Assembly (NCBI GenBank): GCA_951406725.2
Contig: OX597818.1
Coordinates: 25,544,001 to 25,608,000 of the forward strand
Direction of reading: 5' to 3'
DNA length: 64,000 bases
Source of the DNA: Octopus vulgaris
Lineage: Eukaryota
Shown one piece after another: positions 13,461 to 25,298 of this stretch; positions within the stretch are counted from its first letter, which is position 1; each line of letters begins with the position of its first letter. Position numbers and translations under genes: made by a program. Under the pieces are notes generated by a model. The model searched no databases, had not been told where the DNA came from, and saw only the letters and a program-made list of their open reading frames with translations.

Positions 13461-14730
13461 ATTGAATCTGGCCTTCATTTATTCCCTGTTATTGATCAAT
13501 ATACCTTCATATTATTAACTAATTTATTTTTATTTATTTCATATATGTGTAGAATAAAATGTGTAATATAAACAAATGACATATATTCAACATTTGTTAT
13601 GTATTGTTTGCTGCTGCTCTTGTGTTTCCTTGGAAGATGGTTGGCTGTGAAGCTATTTCAAAATGTCTATCAGGTTTTAGAGAAATATTACTCTTCATTA
13701 CTAGTCTAAGTACCTTAGTGTCTATTAGTAACTTTTTCTTTTTTTACAGTAACTCCTTCCTTCTAGTAAGTTATGTACAGGAATACTTCAAGCAACTGCC
13801 CTCCAAAAAAACTGGTTGATTAGTTATCAACCTGTAGCAATGCAGTTTTAGTACTGTTCATATCTGCAGTGTCTCTGCTTTCTGCTCCTTCCTCAGAATC
13901 ATATTTTACCACACTTCATGTCATACCCTTAAAGATTTCTTAACATACTTACTCCCAGCTTTATTGCCTTTCCATTTCCTTCATCGGCTGCAGAATATTG
14001 AACAGAATAGCTTACTTGTTATTTTCTCATTATTCACAACTACTGACTTCACTACTTCAATTTCTGCTTTGTACCTCTTCTTCTGCTGGTTCTTTTTCCT
14101 ACATTTTTTTAATAGCATGAAATTACTTGCATATGTCCTTGTGCATATGCGCAAATACAATGGCACATTTGCATGTGCTCATATGTGACTGGCACCCCTG
14201 TCATTTCAAAGGCTGGGTTCTGTTTTTCACCTCCTCTCATTCTCTTATTTCCACAGCCACTTGTGACATTTGGTTCTTGATCATTGCAAATGACTCTATG
14301 TGGCTGGTGCAAAGTTAATAAGTTGACAAGTTGATATCTAGATAAATAAATAAATAAATAAATAAAACTTCTAATTTACTCCACTCTTGCTTAACCAGTC
14401 TGCCTTGAATTTTTATTTCATATGGCCCTTTGCCAACTTTTGGCTTTTGACAGTTAGCCAAAGGAGGTGAAAAGAACTGAGGTTTCCTCATGAAAATGGT
14501 TAAGTCTAAGAATATTATGAATATGTTTTTGTTTCTTGAAATGCTGGAAAAACCAGCATATTCCTAAGACCTCTCCTTTCTTTCTCTTCTTTCATTTCCT
14601 CTTTATCCTCTCTCACTTTCCTCTCTCTCTCTCTCAGTATGTTGGAGAAGTGGGATGCCAAGACTTCACATTAGTCCTTCTCTTTCATTCAGTCATCTAT
14701 TTATATGTCTTTTTTTTTTTCAATAATGAA

Positions 14731-14804
14731 AATAAAATAAAATAACTTTGAAATAAAATCACTATATACCAAATATATTGGGTTTTTTTTTTTTTTTTTT
14801 TTTT
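14731..14804 (+). terminator. Candidate ZSWIM8 polyadenylation region
   Basis: Clustered AATAAA (14731, 14736, 14752) followed by GGG and a long T run, resembling a U-rich downstream element. The AT-rich context makes this weak. Confidence 0.3.
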
Positions 14805-15649
14805 CATTTAAAAGGAAAATAATTTCTCAAAGGAACAGAAGGTAACATATTTATTATAGGGGTGACATAGTTAATTGAGTCAACTTTATTTAGGAGATGA
14901 CTGGATCCTATTATACATATAATAGTGATGAGGGCAGCGTCAATCTGAATGGGATTCAAATTCAGAACACTTTTTTTGGTTCCTCTCTTTATGACTGAAG
15001 CCATGCTGACACATTGGATTCAAAGGTTTTAGTTGATCATATTCACCACAGCTTCTTAGTAAATTGTCTGGTATTTCTTTTATTGAATAGCTAAGTCCAT
15101 CTTAGCATAAAATTACATGAATTAAATAATTATTAAATATTTTTTGTTCAAGGTACCACTTTATTGACTTTACTTGCTGTGCAGTTTCTCTCTGTCAATT
15201 TCATTTACAAGCTGTAAGTAGAAGACATTTGTTCACCCATGAGATCAAAGACCACATGACTGCAAAAGCAAATGTCTTAACCACACAACTATACTTGTCT
15301 GAGAATATTGTATTTCATTATCTTCTTCAGAAGTAAAATAATAAATGACTGGGGGTTTGATAATTCTTAATTAGAATAAATTAGACTCTAGTGACATACT
15401 GTTTTCATAAACACACAAAAAAAGGCTTACCTCATGATTAATAGCAAGTATTTTTTTCTTAATAATAAACAGAGCTATATCTTAGTTAAATGCAAGAGCA
15501 TATGCAAAATTTACTAAGAGGAAAAACGACTGAACTGTCAGCATATTTTACTATAAGATGATTGTTGATAAACCAAAGATGACATTTCATACTTGTCAAT
15601 GCACTCATTGAGATTTTGTTTAATGTATCTATCTTTTATATTTAACCTT

Positions 15650-15865
15650 TTGCTTGTTTCAGTCATTGGACTGTGACCCTGCTGGAGGGGCATTGTCTTA
15701 AAAACTTTCGCTGAACAAATTAACCTCATACTTATGTTAAGTCTAGTACTTATTTTATCAGTCTCTTATACCAAACTACTAAGTTACCGGACCTAAACAA
15801 ACTAGCACCAATTATCAAGTGAAGGTGGAAGACAAGCACAGGCACATAAACATGTGTGAGTGTGT
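15650..15865 (-). mobile_element. SINE 3' fragment (same family as 16654-16872 and 23505-23625)
   Basis: Shared TTGTTTCAGTCATT(T/G)GACTG..GCTGGAG..TAGTACTTATT motifs. Confidence 0.6.
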
Positions 15866-15866
15866 G

Positions 15867-16108
15867 CTGCTGGCACGTTAAAAGCACCAACCGATCGTGG
15901 CCGATGCCAGACTCCCCTGGCACCTGTGTCGGTGGCACGTAAAAAGCACCCACTACACTTGCGGAGTGGTTGGCATTAGGAAGGGCATCCAGCTGTAGAA
16001 ACACTGCCAGATCAGACTGGAGCCTGGTGCAGCCCCTGGCTTCCCAGACCCCGGTCGAACCATCCAACCCGTGCTAGCGCGGAAAACGGACGTTAAACGA
16101 TGATGATA
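15867..16108 (+). mobile_element. RTE 3' end fragment
   Basis: High similarity to the reverse complement of 17205-17420; ends GACGTTAAACGATGATGAT. Confidence 0.85.
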
Positions 16109-16653
16109 TACACACACACATGTAATGGGCTTCTACACAGTAAAGCTCCATTCCACACTTCATCCATACTTACTTATAAAACACTCAACACCTTAAAAGC
16201 AAACACAAACTGCCTCCCAGCAAAATTTTTCTCAGGGCATCAAGTATATATAATATAAAAATTAACAAATCCAGAATTTGTAATTTCTTGAATGTTTTCA
16301 AGGATCTGTTCTTTTGCTTACCATTTTAAACCTGTACCCTCATTTATTTCCATAAAGCATAGGCACAACCCCATATGTACATGACACCACACATCCTCCT
16401 AGCATTCACAAGACAGTTGTAATTATGTCAATGACATAGAAATGCGACTCCTAGATGACAAAAAGCAATAACTATAAAATTCATTGTTTTCTTTGTTACC
16501 AGCAACATTAGAGTACATCAAGAACAATCAACACTCATACTCAGTGACGTAAAACATGCCATAGACATAAAGGACACAAATATTACATGTGGTAAATAGT
16601 GCATGGATTAACATTATTCACTTTTTGTATTTGAGTGTGTATATTCTGTTATT

Positions 16654-16881
16654 CTTTTACTTGTTTCAGTCATTTGACTGCAGCCTTGCCTGGAACACTG
16701 CCTTGAAGGGTTTTTAGTCAAACAAATTAACTCCAGGATTTATTTTTGAAAGCCTATTATTTATTTTATTGGTCTCTTTTGCCAAACTGCTGGGGTCAGT
16801 TTCTTCAACTAACGCCCTTTAAGGCAGTGCTCCAGCATGGCCACAGTCAAACAACTGAAACAAGTAAAAGAATATATATAC
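16654..16881. mobile_element. Inverted (tails-out) pair of SINE 3' ends flanked by a 13-bp direct repeat
   Basis: Left arm CTTTTACTTGTTTCAGTCATTTGACTG.. is the reverse complement of right arm ..CAGTCAAACAACTGAAACAAGTAAAAG. ATATTCTGTTATT occurs at 16641-16653 and 16882-16894. Confidence 0.7.
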
Positions 16882-17359
16882 ATATTCTGTTATTATAAGG
16901 ATCAACAAAAAATATTCTATCCAGCAAGGGGTAAATATTTAATAAACACAGAATTTAAACATGACCTACAATTAAATGCTCTAATACAATAGTTGAATAA
17001 GCTAGTATTAACTGCTATTGTGCAATCTTTCAGGTTCAAAATAAAAAATGGCTGGTTTCTGGGAAAAGGTAACTTGTTCTTTCTCTCTTTTTCTCAGAGA
17101 ACAGCTATGTTTATTTTGAGCCTGAAATTATGAAACTTGTATCTTACATTCAAATCAGATTTCTTAAATGGAAGTGTGTATGTATCATCATCATCATCAT
17201 CATCATCATCGTTTAACGTCCGCTTTCCATGCTAGCATGGGTTGGACGGTTCAACTGGGGTCTGGGAAGCCCGAAGGCTGCACCAGGCCAGTCAGATGTG
17301 GCAGTGTTTCTACAGCTGGATGCCCTTCCTAACGCCAACCACTCCGAGAGTGTAGTGGG

Positions 17360-17645
17360 TGATTTTATGTGCCACCGACACAGGTGCCAGACGAGGCTGG
17401 CAGACGGCCACGCTCGGATGGTGTTTTTTATGTGCCACCGACACAGGTGCCAGACGAGGCTGGCAGACGGCCACGCTCGGATGGTGTTTTCTTATGTGTC
17501 ACCGACACAGGTGCCAGACGAGGCTGGCGGACGGCCACGCTCGGATGGTGTTTGTTACGTGCCCTCAGCACGGAGGCCAGTCATTGCGGTACTGGCTACG
17601 GTCACGTTCGGATGGTTTTCTTATGTGCCACCGGCACTGGTACCA
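17360..17645 (-). repeat. ~63-bp GC-rich tandem repeat (4-5 copies) in the RTE 3' UTR
   Basis: TTATGTGCCACCGACACAGGTGCCAGACGAGGCTGGCAGACGGCCACGCTCGGATGGTG repeats near 17365, 17428 and 17492, with diverged copies near 17556 and 17621. Confidence 0.9.
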
Positions 17646-17798
17646 CAAGGATACAAATTCCATTGATGTTCATCTATTTTGATTTGGTTCGATTTGATTC
17701 TCACTTGCCTCAATAGGTCTTCACAAGTGTCACAAGAAGGAAGGTATGCACAGGTGGACTGACTACGTCCCAGGTAGGGGCCACGGATTATGGCTTCA

Positions 17799-20700
17799 CT
17801 AGTCTTGCCGGGTCTTCTCACGCACAGCATACTTCCATAGGTCTCGGTCTCTAGTCATTTCCATGGTGAGACCTAACGTCCGAAGGTCGTGCTTCACCAC
17901 CTCGTCCCAGGTTTTCCTGGGTCTACCTCTTCCACGGGTTCCCTCAACTGCTAGGGATTGGCACTTTCTCACACACCTATCTTCATCCATTCTCGCCACA
18001 TGACCATACCAGCGCAATCGTCTCTCTTGCACACAACAACTGATGCTTCTTAGGTACAACATTTCTCTCAAGGTACTAACGCTCTGTCGAGTAAGTACAC
18101 TGACATTACACATCCATCGGAGCATACTGGCTTCTTTCCTCACGAGCTTACGCATGTCCTCAGCAGTCACGGCCCATGTTTCACTGCCATGTAGCATAGC
18201 TGTTCGTACACATGCATCATACAGTCTGCCTTTTACTCTGAGCGAGAGGCCTTTAGTCACCAGCAGAGGTAAGAGCTCCCTAAACTTTGCCCAGGCTATT
18301 CTTATTCTAGCAGTTACACTTTCAGCGCACCCACCCCCACTACTGACTTGGTCACCTAGATAGCGGAAGCTATCAACTACTTCTAGTTTTTCCCCCGGAA
18401 AGTAACAGAAGTTGTTTTCTGCAGATTTTCGGAGGTCAATGCTCCAGAGCACCTGCCACATACAAAAACTATCTTCCCAGTTAGCCTACCTTTGACATTG
18501 CTGCACCTCTTATGTGTCCATAGCTTACACTGGGTACATCTTATACAGTTTCTACCTACACCTTTTCTACAGATCGAGCAGGGCCATCTTCCTGAGGATA
18601 TTTGTGGGTTTTCTACCTTTCTACTTATTAGTACTTTGGTTTTAGCTAGGTTGACTCTAAGGCCCCTCGATTCTAAACCCTCCTTCCACACCTGGAACTT
18701 CTCCTCCAGTTCTGATAGTGACTCAGCGATTAGAGCGAGGTCGTCAGCATAGAGGAGCTCCCAGGGGCAACCTGTCTTGAATTCCTCCGTTATTGCCTGG
18801 AGGACTATGATAAATAGGAGGGGGCTGAGTACTGAACCCTGGTGGACCCCAACCTCTACTTTGAATTCTTCTGTGTACATGTTGCCAACTCTAACCTTAC
18901 TTACGGCATCTCTGTACATGGCTTGCACAGCCCTCACCAGCCATTCATCTATCCCTAGTTTCCTCATTGACCACCAGATGAGGGATCGGGGACCCTATCA
19001 AAGGCTTTCTCCATGTCAACGAAAGCCAGGTACAGGGGCTTATCCTTGGCTAGGTATTTCTCCTGCAGCTGCCTTACCAGGAATATAGCATCAGTGGTGC
19101 TTTTCCCTGGGACAAACCCAAACTGCATCTCATCTAAACTAACTCTCTCTCTAATTAGTTGGGCTATGACCCTCTCCGTAACCTTCATTACCTGATCCAA
19201 CAGCTTGATACCTCTGTAATTATTTGTATCCAGGGCATCACCTTTACCTTTGTAGCAGTTGACTAGTATGCTGCTACACCAGTCATTGGGTATGACTCCT
19301 TCGTGTATCACCTGGTTGACTATGCGGGTGACTAGGTTATAGCCGACACTGCCAGATATTTTGAGCATCTCTGCAGTAATTCCTGATGGGCCTGGGGCTT
19401 TCCCTGTCTTCATGCTTCTAATTGCCTTAGCTACCACGGAACTATCAACTCGGATAGCTGGTCCCTCTGTTGGGTCAACATTTGGCAGACTCTCTTTATC
19501 CCATTCATTTTCTTTATTCAGCAAACTTTCATAGTGGCATCTCCAAACCTCTCTCTTTGCATCCTCATTTAGCGCAAGTGAACCATCATCCATGCGAACA
19601 CACTTCTCTCCTACCACATCACGATTCTCTCTCACACACTGTCTTGCAACACGAAATACCTCAAGTCTTTCATCCTCACGGCTCAGAACATTGGCAAATT
19701 TTTTCTTATCCGCTTCCCCTCTGGCTAAATAAACCTGTCTCCTAGCTTCCCTTTTGGCTGTCTGATACAATTCCCTGCTACCACCATTCTTCCAGTCCTT
19801 CCAAGCCTGTCTCTTTTGTCTAATAGCCCCGTCAACCACCGTGTTCCACCACCATGTAACTCTGGGTCGAGATGGTACTTTGCTCCATCCACAGATCTGG
19901 TCAGTGGCTGTCAGCAGATTGTCCCGTAGGAATCTCCAGTTGTCTTCCACATTAAGTGAAGCTATATCCCCTTCTATTTCGTCAGAGGCTTCGAGTAGTA
20001 TGTCTCTAAATCTCTGTCCATTTGCAGGATCTTTAAGCTTCCAGACCCTTCTCCTCCAAGCTGGTCTTCTTCTGGGCAACCATTTAGCTCTGATCCTGAA
20101 GTCGCTAACTACTAATCTATGTTGGGGAGTACATTCTTCGCCTGGGAAGGTTTTGGCATTTATAATCAGCCCTCTTTCCCTTTTTCTGGCAAGGATGTAG
20201 TCAATCTGGCTGGTGTGTCTGCCAGAACGGTAGGTGACTAGGTGAGAGGTGGGTTTCCTGAAGTGGGTATTGCAGACCATAAGGTCATTTGCATCGCAGA
20301 ACTCCAGCAGCCTGGTTCCCTCCTCATTTCGAGAGCCAAAACCATGGCCTCCATGGATGCCATGGAAGCCCCTGACATGTCGTCCAACATGTCCATTGAA
20401 ATCACCTGCCACGAAGAGAAGGTCACTGTCATTTGTCAATGAGGTAGTCCGCAATAGGGTGTCATAGAATTGGTCTTTTTGTCCTTCCGGTAGCCCTGGT
20501 TGAGGGGCATAAGCCGAGATGATGGTAGCTGTCCTATGGTGAAGAACTAATCTAATTTTAATTACTCTGTCACTTACTCTGACTACCTCGATTACCTTAC
20601 CTATCCATTTCTCCGCAAGAAGTATACCCACGCCCCCGACTCCGTCAATGTTCCCTGCCCAGAAAATCTTGTACCTGTGTTCCTTGCCCGTGAGGAGCCT

Positions 20701-20916
20701 AGCAGAACCTCCTCTCCACCTTACTTCCTGGATACAGCATACATCCACACGTCTCCGTTCAAGCAGCTCTACAATCTCTCCAGACCTACCTTTCAATGTG
20801 CCAACGTTGAGCGTGCCAACTCTGAGGGTTTGGGAGGTGTGGGCATCAGAGACCCTGGGACGAGGGACAGCAGTGTCATGTACCTGAAAAGAAAGCTTGC
20901 ATTTGGCAGATTTCAT
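17799..20916 (-). CDS. RTE ORF: APE endonuclease + reverse transcriptase + PHD-like finger, ~1039 aa if two 1-bp frameshifts are restored
   Basis: GTLNVGTL, CIQEVRW, SAYAPQ, AGDFNGH, IDYIL (APE). QFGFVPGKST, FVDMEKAFDRV, GVHQGSVLSP, LLYADD, FRYLG (RT). RRLRWYGHV..RGRGRPRKTW (RTE C-terminus). Frame breaks at ~18990 and ~18392. Confidence 0.92.
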
Positions 20917-21989
20917 ATGGAAACTCTAGACTACAACCTGCATACTTTTCACAATTTTTGCGCTATATGTTCAGATAAGCCCTACATAGGTGCTAGTGGG
21001 GGAGGGGGTAGTTTCCGGTATTTGGGTAGAAACTTCCGGTATTGGTGGTGGGGGTGGGAGGGTGATCGACAAAATCGAAGCAACTAGTTTGAATACTATA
21101 TTTGAGGGGGAAAAATAATTAATTAGATATATATATATATATATATAAAGTAATAAAAGAAAATAGAGAAGAAATATGGTGGATACTAGATTAGTTTTAT
21201 TTGTGTCCTGATGAAAAAAAGTAATAGATTTAAGCTGTAAAAGAACCGAATCAACAAAAGAAATAAACATAAAAGAATCCTACACATTTCAATCCAGCCA
21301 TTAGGTTTCACTCATGACCATTCAAGTGATGTTAGATGTAAAATAACCCTACATTATGTCCAGATATCATTAGGGAGTGATGTTTATTTTCTAGTGGTGA
21401 ACATTGAAATAACTAAGATGAAGACCATGTTTTCAAAAAGTAAAGGTATAGAGAGGAAAATAGCGAAAAGTGACAAAATAGGAGAAGAAACACACATAAT
21501 TTTTTATGTGAGGTATAAGATTTAAAAAAATGAAGAAATAAAAGAGAAAGGTAAAGTTATTTTATATTGTATACTATGATATAATTTGGAGAAAATTTAT
21601 AATTACTGTTATTAGCATTTCAGTGGGCTAAGATATACTTCCCATTGTTCCAAGAAAAAGTATTAGGTACATAAAAAATTACTTGTGAGAGGAATTTACA
21701 TTTTTATGTGGGGAAAAAACTTAAAATTTTCTTAGAGAACTCACCCATATTGATGATTTAGTTCTAACAAAACCTGTAGATTTAGGGAAGAAATTTCAGA
21801 CAAGCAAAACATAGAATTTAAGGGCCTTGAAGTAAACTTCAGCCAAAGATAGACAGTCTTGAATGACTGACTACATCGATTAAAAAAAATAAAATTTGTT
21901 TCCTTGCAAGAACAAATAGTAAAAGCAAACTTTGAAAGTTGAGGTCTATGAATTGTGACAAAAAAAATATTCTTTTCTATTCTAGACAC

Positions 21990-22155
21990 AGGGCCCAAAA
22001 TTTTTGGGGTGGGGGCCAGTCAATTAGATAAACTCCAGTACGCAACTGGTACTTAATTTATCGACCCCAAAAGGATGAAAGGCAAAGTCGACATCAGTAC
22101 GTAAAAACACGTTTTTACATTCTGAGCTAAGCATTTCACCCAGCTTGCCACCTTT
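21990..22155 (+). mobile_element. SINE-like repeat (same family as 45910-46320)
   Basis: Shared CTGGTACTTAATTTATCGACCCCAAAAGGATGAAAGGCAAAGTCGAC..TAAGCATTT. Confidence 0.6.
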
Positions 22156-22329
22156 GTGATAAAAAAATATTACCAATGGACTGGGAATTCAGGTTTCAAA
22201 TTTTTGGCTGGGCTTCCTATTACATTAATACCTTTTGAGGAGATAGCTAAAAGTCAAGAAATAACAAATTTGAAATCTTGTATTTTAATTTAAGAACTGC
22301 ACATATCTGGCAGGCCAGTGGCACTGACC

Positions 22330-23330
22330 AAATCTACTTGTAACCATTGGAGAAGAAATGGAGGCATCAGTGCAAGGATGTGTTGATGTTGAACTGGTCT
22401 GGTTAGGTAGGTTGGTGTTGTTCTGTCTTCTAGTCAATCAATGATGAATGGGTTTGTTTTCTCATTCATATCCAGAAGTTCTCTAGTTTTTACTGAGTAT
22501 TTCAAATGGGCCTGAATATGAGCTGTAGTGGAGCTCATAAAGTATCATTGCAAATGAATACATACATTCATTCAGTGTTGAACGTAGATGGAATACGAGA
22601 CATGACATTTTAAGGATTTAGAGCAATGGATAGCAGCTTTGACATAGTACACAGTATATGATAGAGACACTGTTGGTCAAATCACTCGTGCCTCTTTACA
22701 TCTCAGGTAAGTAACCCAGGTTTCAACTTCATGTAACAATGAAGACAACTTTAACTTTGTCTTGGTTAAAATTCCTTGCTGAGGCCATAAATGTCTTTAC
22801 AATTTTCCAAATGCATCACTGGCTTTCTTGTTTCAGAGGGAGATTTCAACTTCAAGAGTATTTGTCATGTTCACAGTACTGCCAAAATACATCCACACCT
22901 GCAGCTTCTGTCCATATACATGTTTGGCTCAGAGTAAGCTTTACCTGATGCAGGTTGGTTCCTTATGACATTTTTTTTTTCAGACTAATTGTTAGACCTA
23001 GTACACTGCATGCTGTTGAGGAGTCCATAAAATGCTACATATCACTGGGAATGAGTATCAAGGTCACAGTCATCAACATACAGGAATTCTCATATCTGTA
23101 ATGAGAACAACTTTGTTTTGGCAGCAAACCATCTTATATTCAACATCCTACTTGTTCAGTATCTGATGTGAACTTCATGTAAGCAATCTTCAAAAGCCAT
23201 CAAGAATGGCATGGTAAAGTACAATGTGAATAGTGTTGATGTATCCTTGCACTTAACACTATTTGTCACTCTACTCTTGGAAAGGGAGGCTTAACTTTAA
23301 GGATTTCATGCACATCTGATTTATGAATAT
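22330..23330 (-). mobile_element. Highly decayed non-LTR (RTE-like) RT remnant
   Basis: Residual RT-like motifs on - (VDDCDL near 23065-23075, FDxL near 23190) with many stops. Confidence 0.45.
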
Positions 23331-23826
23331 AGTTATGTAGGTTATGGCCATCTTGAAACAACCGTCAAGGCAAGACATTACATAAAATTATTTTCTTTAT
23401 CTTATAATCTATATTTTGTGCTCCATTTAAATATATGTCTTAAGCCTTACTTTGTTTATCTGCCTTACAATGTGTGTGTGTGTGTGTGTGTGCCTGTATA
23501 TACTTTTATTCTCTTGTTTCAGTCATTTGACTATGGCCATGCTGAAGCACCACCTTAAATGATTTTAGTCAAAGAAATTGACCCCAGGACTTATTTTTTG
23601 TAAGCCTAGTGCTTATTCTATAAGTTACAGCTGGGAATAGTGGGAATGCATGTATATAAGTAAATATATGCACACATGTGCATATACATATATATATAAT
23701 ATAGTTTACAGATCTATTAAAGGTAGAATCAACAAAAAGGTACTCCCTCTAGTGAGAGATAAATATCAATTTAATACACAACCGAAAGAGCTACTAATAA
23801 TTTCATGCTTTTATGGTAATTGAACA

Positions 23827-24222
23827 GGCATATTTATAAAATACGCAGCAAGACTTCCTTTTGTATCCCCCCCCCCCCCTTTTATTTACACAGACCCCCA
23901 TTTTCGGCTACGGAGAATACAAAGCTACAAAAAAATTGGCAGAAATCGGCATTTTGAAATTACCCCTGCAAATTAACTTTTTTTCAGAAATTATTTTTTC
24001 CAAATATATGGAGATAATGATTCTGAAAAAAATTTCCAAAATTTTTTTAGTTACGGTTAGGGTTACAGTAAAAAGTGGAAATTAAAGAAATTGGGGGTGG
24101 GGCGAAATTTCAAAATGCCAATTTTTGGCAATTATCCGGAATCTCCGTACCTGAAAACGGGATTTTTTGGCAAAAAAAAAAAAAAGGCGGGGGGGATGGG
24201 AGGGAGTCTTTCCAAATACACC
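23827..24222. mobile_element. Foldback MITE with long imperfect inverted arms
   Basis: Left C-run/TTTT..TACGGAGA..GGCATTTTGAAATT is mirrored by right AATTTCAAAATGCC..TCTCCGTA..A-run/G-run; central GGTTAGGGTTA. Confidence 0.55.
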
Positions 24223-24490
24223 ATGTATCTCAAAGCAATATATACATATATATATATATATTAATATAAAACAAACGAAGGAAAAAACAATTCCTTCAAA
24301 GGGATGTAAAACATCCAATTCACTGGTGCAGCAGTTGAAATACCACAGTAAAAAGGGTATAAATACAAAATACAAATATTAAATGAAATAGAGAAATACA
24401 ATTGACAAACTAACAATTTATTTACATTATAATATAAAATATGATATACTAAAAAAAATATAATATAACATAAGTTTTTAAAAAAAACAT

Positions 24491-24571
24491 AAAGCCAACA
24501 ATTTGTTTTGACTTATATACATTAGTTGATTTATTAAAAATTCCTATGTATACAAGCCTCTTCAGGACCTT
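24491..24571 (-). ncRNA. Minimal type I hammerhead motif, decayed (G12>A)
   Basis: AAGGUC-CUGAAGA-GGCUUGUAUACAU..AUGUAUAUAAGUC-AAAA-CAAAUUG-UU-GGCUUU: 13-bp stem II and 6-bp stem I with wobbles; the GAAA box reads AAAA. Confidence 0.65.
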
Positions 24572-24806
24572 GGTTCAAAAAGACAAACGAAATTCCATGT
24601 AAAGGATTGCCAAATTGCCAAAAATTACTGATTCAAAATACCTGTTTAGGAATGTGAGTGTTAAAATTCAAATACATAATAAGTACAATGAAAGAACAAC
24701 AAAATTCAAATGGATAAAATAATTAAGTAAAGAAAATTTACAACGGTCATAAAATGTTTTTATATATCTCCAATAATATTAATCTAAATGTATTTAAATT
24801 GAGAAT

Positions 24807-25071
24807 GGCATTCCTTCGGTTTGACTCGACAAAACGATAACAAGACTTTGCTCATTTCCGTGACAACTTGACAATTCACTTCGGATATCTTTGTGACCTC
24901 AGTGACAGTGACAGCTGCTGTGACAGGCGTCTATATTCTACAACACACACAGACAAGAACAAGCTGTCACAGTCACAGAGGTCATGAAGATATCCGAAGT
25001 GAATTGTCGAGCTGTCACGAAAACAAGCGAAGTCTTGTTATCCTTTTGTCGAGTCAAATCGAAGGAATGCC
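24807..25071. mobile_element. 265-bp MITE with ~110-bp TIRs (Merlin- or Mutator-like)
   Basis: GGCATTCCTTCGGTTTGACTCGACAAAA... / ...TTTTGTCGAGTCAAATCGAAGGAATGCC. Flanks TTGAGAAT / TCGAAAAT match at 6 of 8 positions. Confidence 0.85.
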
Positions 25072-25298
25072 TCGAAAATAATCACTGGCCATTTTAATAA
25101 TATACAATAGTATAAAATTAAAAATTAGCATGAAGCATAAGGATGTGTGAAGCATCAACCTGTTTAGAAATAAGAGTTAAAGTCCCAATTCAACTGCTGA
25201 AGAGCACTATAGTAACAGAAAATGACAGCAAGCAAGGAAACAGATAAAGAATTAAGAAATTGAAAAGCATACCATTAAAGATTATGCCATTCAGATGT

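Larger units (their letters stand above)
17184..21085 (-). mobile_element. Near full-length RTE-clade LINE
   Basis: Single long EN-RT ORF, GC-rich 3' UTR with ~63-bp tandem repeats and an (ATG)n tail at 17184-17210. 5' boundary approximate; no TSD found. Confidence 0.95.

Noticed and set aside
17360-17645. Regularly spaced repeats superficially like a CRISPR array
   Set aside because: Units are contiguous tandem copies without unique spacers, inside a eukaryotic LINE 3' UTR; no cas genes.
20920-21300. HDV-like ribozyme or TSD at the RTE 5' end
   Set aside because: Known for some RTE elements, but I could not fold a nested double pseudoknot or find a flanking direct repeat by eye.
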